Source of the DNA: an uncultured delta proteobacterium
Lineage (GTDB): Bacteria > Desulfobacterota > Binatia > UBA9968
Reading direction: 5' to 3'
Assembly: GCA_963801935.1 (NCBI GenBank)
Contig: CAWDHA010000009.1
Coordinates: forward strand, 4,609 to 68,608
Length of the DNA: 64,000 nucleotides
The notes beneath the pieces were generated by a model, which was not told the origin of the DNA, made no database searches, and saw only the letters and a program-made list of their open reading frames with translations. Shown here piece by piece: positions 62,629 to 64,000 of this stretch (its first letter is position 1; each line of letters opens with the position of its first letter). A program made the position numbers and the translations under genes.

Positions 62629-64000
62629 TCAAAATCCCAGCGCGCAGCCGCCTTTGCGCGGGTCGGAGCCGCCGACAAAAGCGCCGGAATCCGAATGGAT
62701 GAGAATCATGTGGGCGCCGCCGAAACTTTCCGGATTGCCGCCTGCGACTTTATGCCCCCTGCGCGCCAGTTCCTGTTTGACGTCCGATGAAAACTCCGGC
62801 TCCAAACCGACCTTTGTGGCTTCGATGTGATTGAAGCGCGGCGCTGAGATCGCTTGTTGCGGCGTCATGCCGTAATCGATCAGATTGCAAATAATCTGCG
62901 CCTGCACTTGCGGCTGCACATGCCCGCCCTTGAGCCCGACGGCGGCGTAAGGCCGGCCGTCTTTGACAATCATGCCGGGCATGAGCGTGTGAACGCAACG
63001 TTTATGCGGCCCAATCCGGTTCGGATGGGACGGATCGAGCGAGAAAAGATGGCCGCGATTATGCAGGATGATTCCAGTGTCCGGCTCGACAACACCCGAA
63101 CCGAAACCCATAAAGTTGCTCTGGATGAAAGATACCAGATTGCCGTCACTATCCGCGGCAGCGACATATTCGGTATCCACGCCGGCGCTGGCGGCGTCAT
63201 ATTTATCCGCCGCACGATCTCTTTGTATCTGCTCGCGCATTCTCTGAAGCCGCGTTTGTCCGAAGAGATTGCTAATCGCGACTTTCATATGATCGCGGTC
63301 CGCCAGGTGCGCATCGCGATCTATAAACGCGAGCTTCTTCGCTTCGATCATGAGATGCAGAGTTTCCGCACTGCCCGGACCTGAATGCCTTAGATCGAAG
63401 CCCTCAAGAATCTTGAGCATCTCCAGGGCAACGAAGCCATGGGTAGCCGGCGGCATCTCATAGATGTCATAGCCGCGATAATTAACCGTGATCGGCTCAA
63501 CCCAATCCGAACGATGATCGGCAAAGTCTTTGGTCGTAAATAGCCCGCCCAGTCTTTCTGAACAGCGTACGATCTTCCCGGCGATATCGCCTTTGTAGAA
63601 ATAGTCCGCGCCTTGCTCGGCGATGCGGCGCAAGGTCGCAGCCATGCGCGGATTTCTAAAAATCTCGCCCGCCCGTGGCGTACTCCCCGCAATCAAGTAA
63701 TTGATCGATGCGCCTTCATCCGCCAGCAAGCTCGCCTGCGACTCATGCCAGGACTCCGCCGTCAGCTCCGAAACCGGGAAGCCTTCTTCGGCATGGCGAA
63801 TCGCCGCTTGCAACACATCGCTCAAGCTCTTGTTTCCGTATGAATTCAGCAAGGTGGTCCAACCATGCAGCGCGCCGGGCACCGTGACCGAGTGGATGCC
63901 GCGTTGCGGCATGCTCGTGAAGCTTTTCTCGCGGCAGAACTCAAGACTGGCCGCGTGCGGCGATCTGCCGCTCGCATCCAAAGCCTTCAGCGATTTTTCT
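62629..64000 (-). CDS. ggt: Gamma-glutamyltransferase (5' end outside the window)
   Basis: The frame stays open to the window edge. GGT pattern including the autoprocessing region ...AGVDTEYVAAADSDGNLVSFIQSNF..GFGSG and ...MPGMIV. Confidence 0.88.
   Translation of the reverse strand, partial: EKSLKALDASGRSPHAASLEFCREKSFTSMPQRGIHSVTVPGALHGWTTLLNSYGNKSLSDVLQAAIRHAEEGFPVSELTAESWHESQASLLADEGASINYLIAGSTPRAGEIFRNPRMAATLRRIAEQGADYFYKGDIAGKIVRCSERLGGLFTTKDFADHRSDWVEPITVNYRGYDIYEMPPATHGFVALEMLKILEGFDLRHSGPGSAETLHLMIEAKKLAFIDRDAHLADRDHMKVAISNLFGQTRLQRMREQIQRDRAADKYDAASAGVDTEYVAAADSDGNLVSFIQSNFMGFGSGVVEPDTGIILHNRGHLFSLDPSHPNRIGPHKRCVHTLMPGMIVKDGRPYAAVGLKGGHVQPQVQAQIICNLIDYGMTPQQAISAPRFNHIEATKVGLEPEFSSDVKQELARRGHKVAGGNPESFGGAHMILIHSDSGAFVGGSDPRKGGCALGF

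Overview
GC-rich chromosomal window from a diderm (Gram-negative-type) bacterium with about 55 protein genes. I found no rRNA, tRNA or CRISPR array. Gene content, left to right:
- A complete System I cytochrome c maturation cluster: ccmB (partial), ccmC, an unlisted 44-aa ccmD, ccmE, ccmF, ccmG and a fused ccmH/ccmI.
- A minus-strand heat-shock block: dnaK, grpE, a dnaJ/cbpA-like gene, cbpM, clpB and an LPS-kinase-family gene.
- trxC.
- A kdp locus: an unlisted 27-aa ORF, unlisted kdpF, kdpA, kdpB, kdpC, a small membrane protein, a KdpD N-domain protein, and a separate HAMP/PAS histidine kinase.
- A copper-type metal cluster (His-rich small protein, truncated TonB-dependent receptor, DUF4198-like, copC, copD fused to a His-rich domain), next to a sigma-54 NtrC-type response regulator.
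- Glycerate 2-kinase; an OmpA-like lipoprotein with about 30 consecutive prolines; mscL with a Cys4 tail; a ydbH/ydbL-like envelope pair; proC.
- A 1148-aa membrane/spermidine-synthase/TPR protein.
- Three UbiD-family decarboxylase paralogues interleaved with solute-binding-like proteins.
- One IS110-family element and a partial ggt.

The main non-routine observations are:
1. Ten genes and one gene remnant are split by frame changes, and every change is in the +1 direction. This is most likely insertion-type assembly error, but it is directional and non-uniform along the window.
2. The IS110 element sits inside a MITE-like repeat. Its 210-nt left end contains sequences matching both insertion flanks, as expected of a bridge-RNA target loop.
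3. Several dispersed intergenic repeat families are present, some inside operons.
4. The kdp regulators are split, and no KdpE is present in the window.
5. A structured roughly 290-nt leader lies upstream of the receptor remnant.

All functional calls rest on motifs I recognised by eye; no database search was possible.
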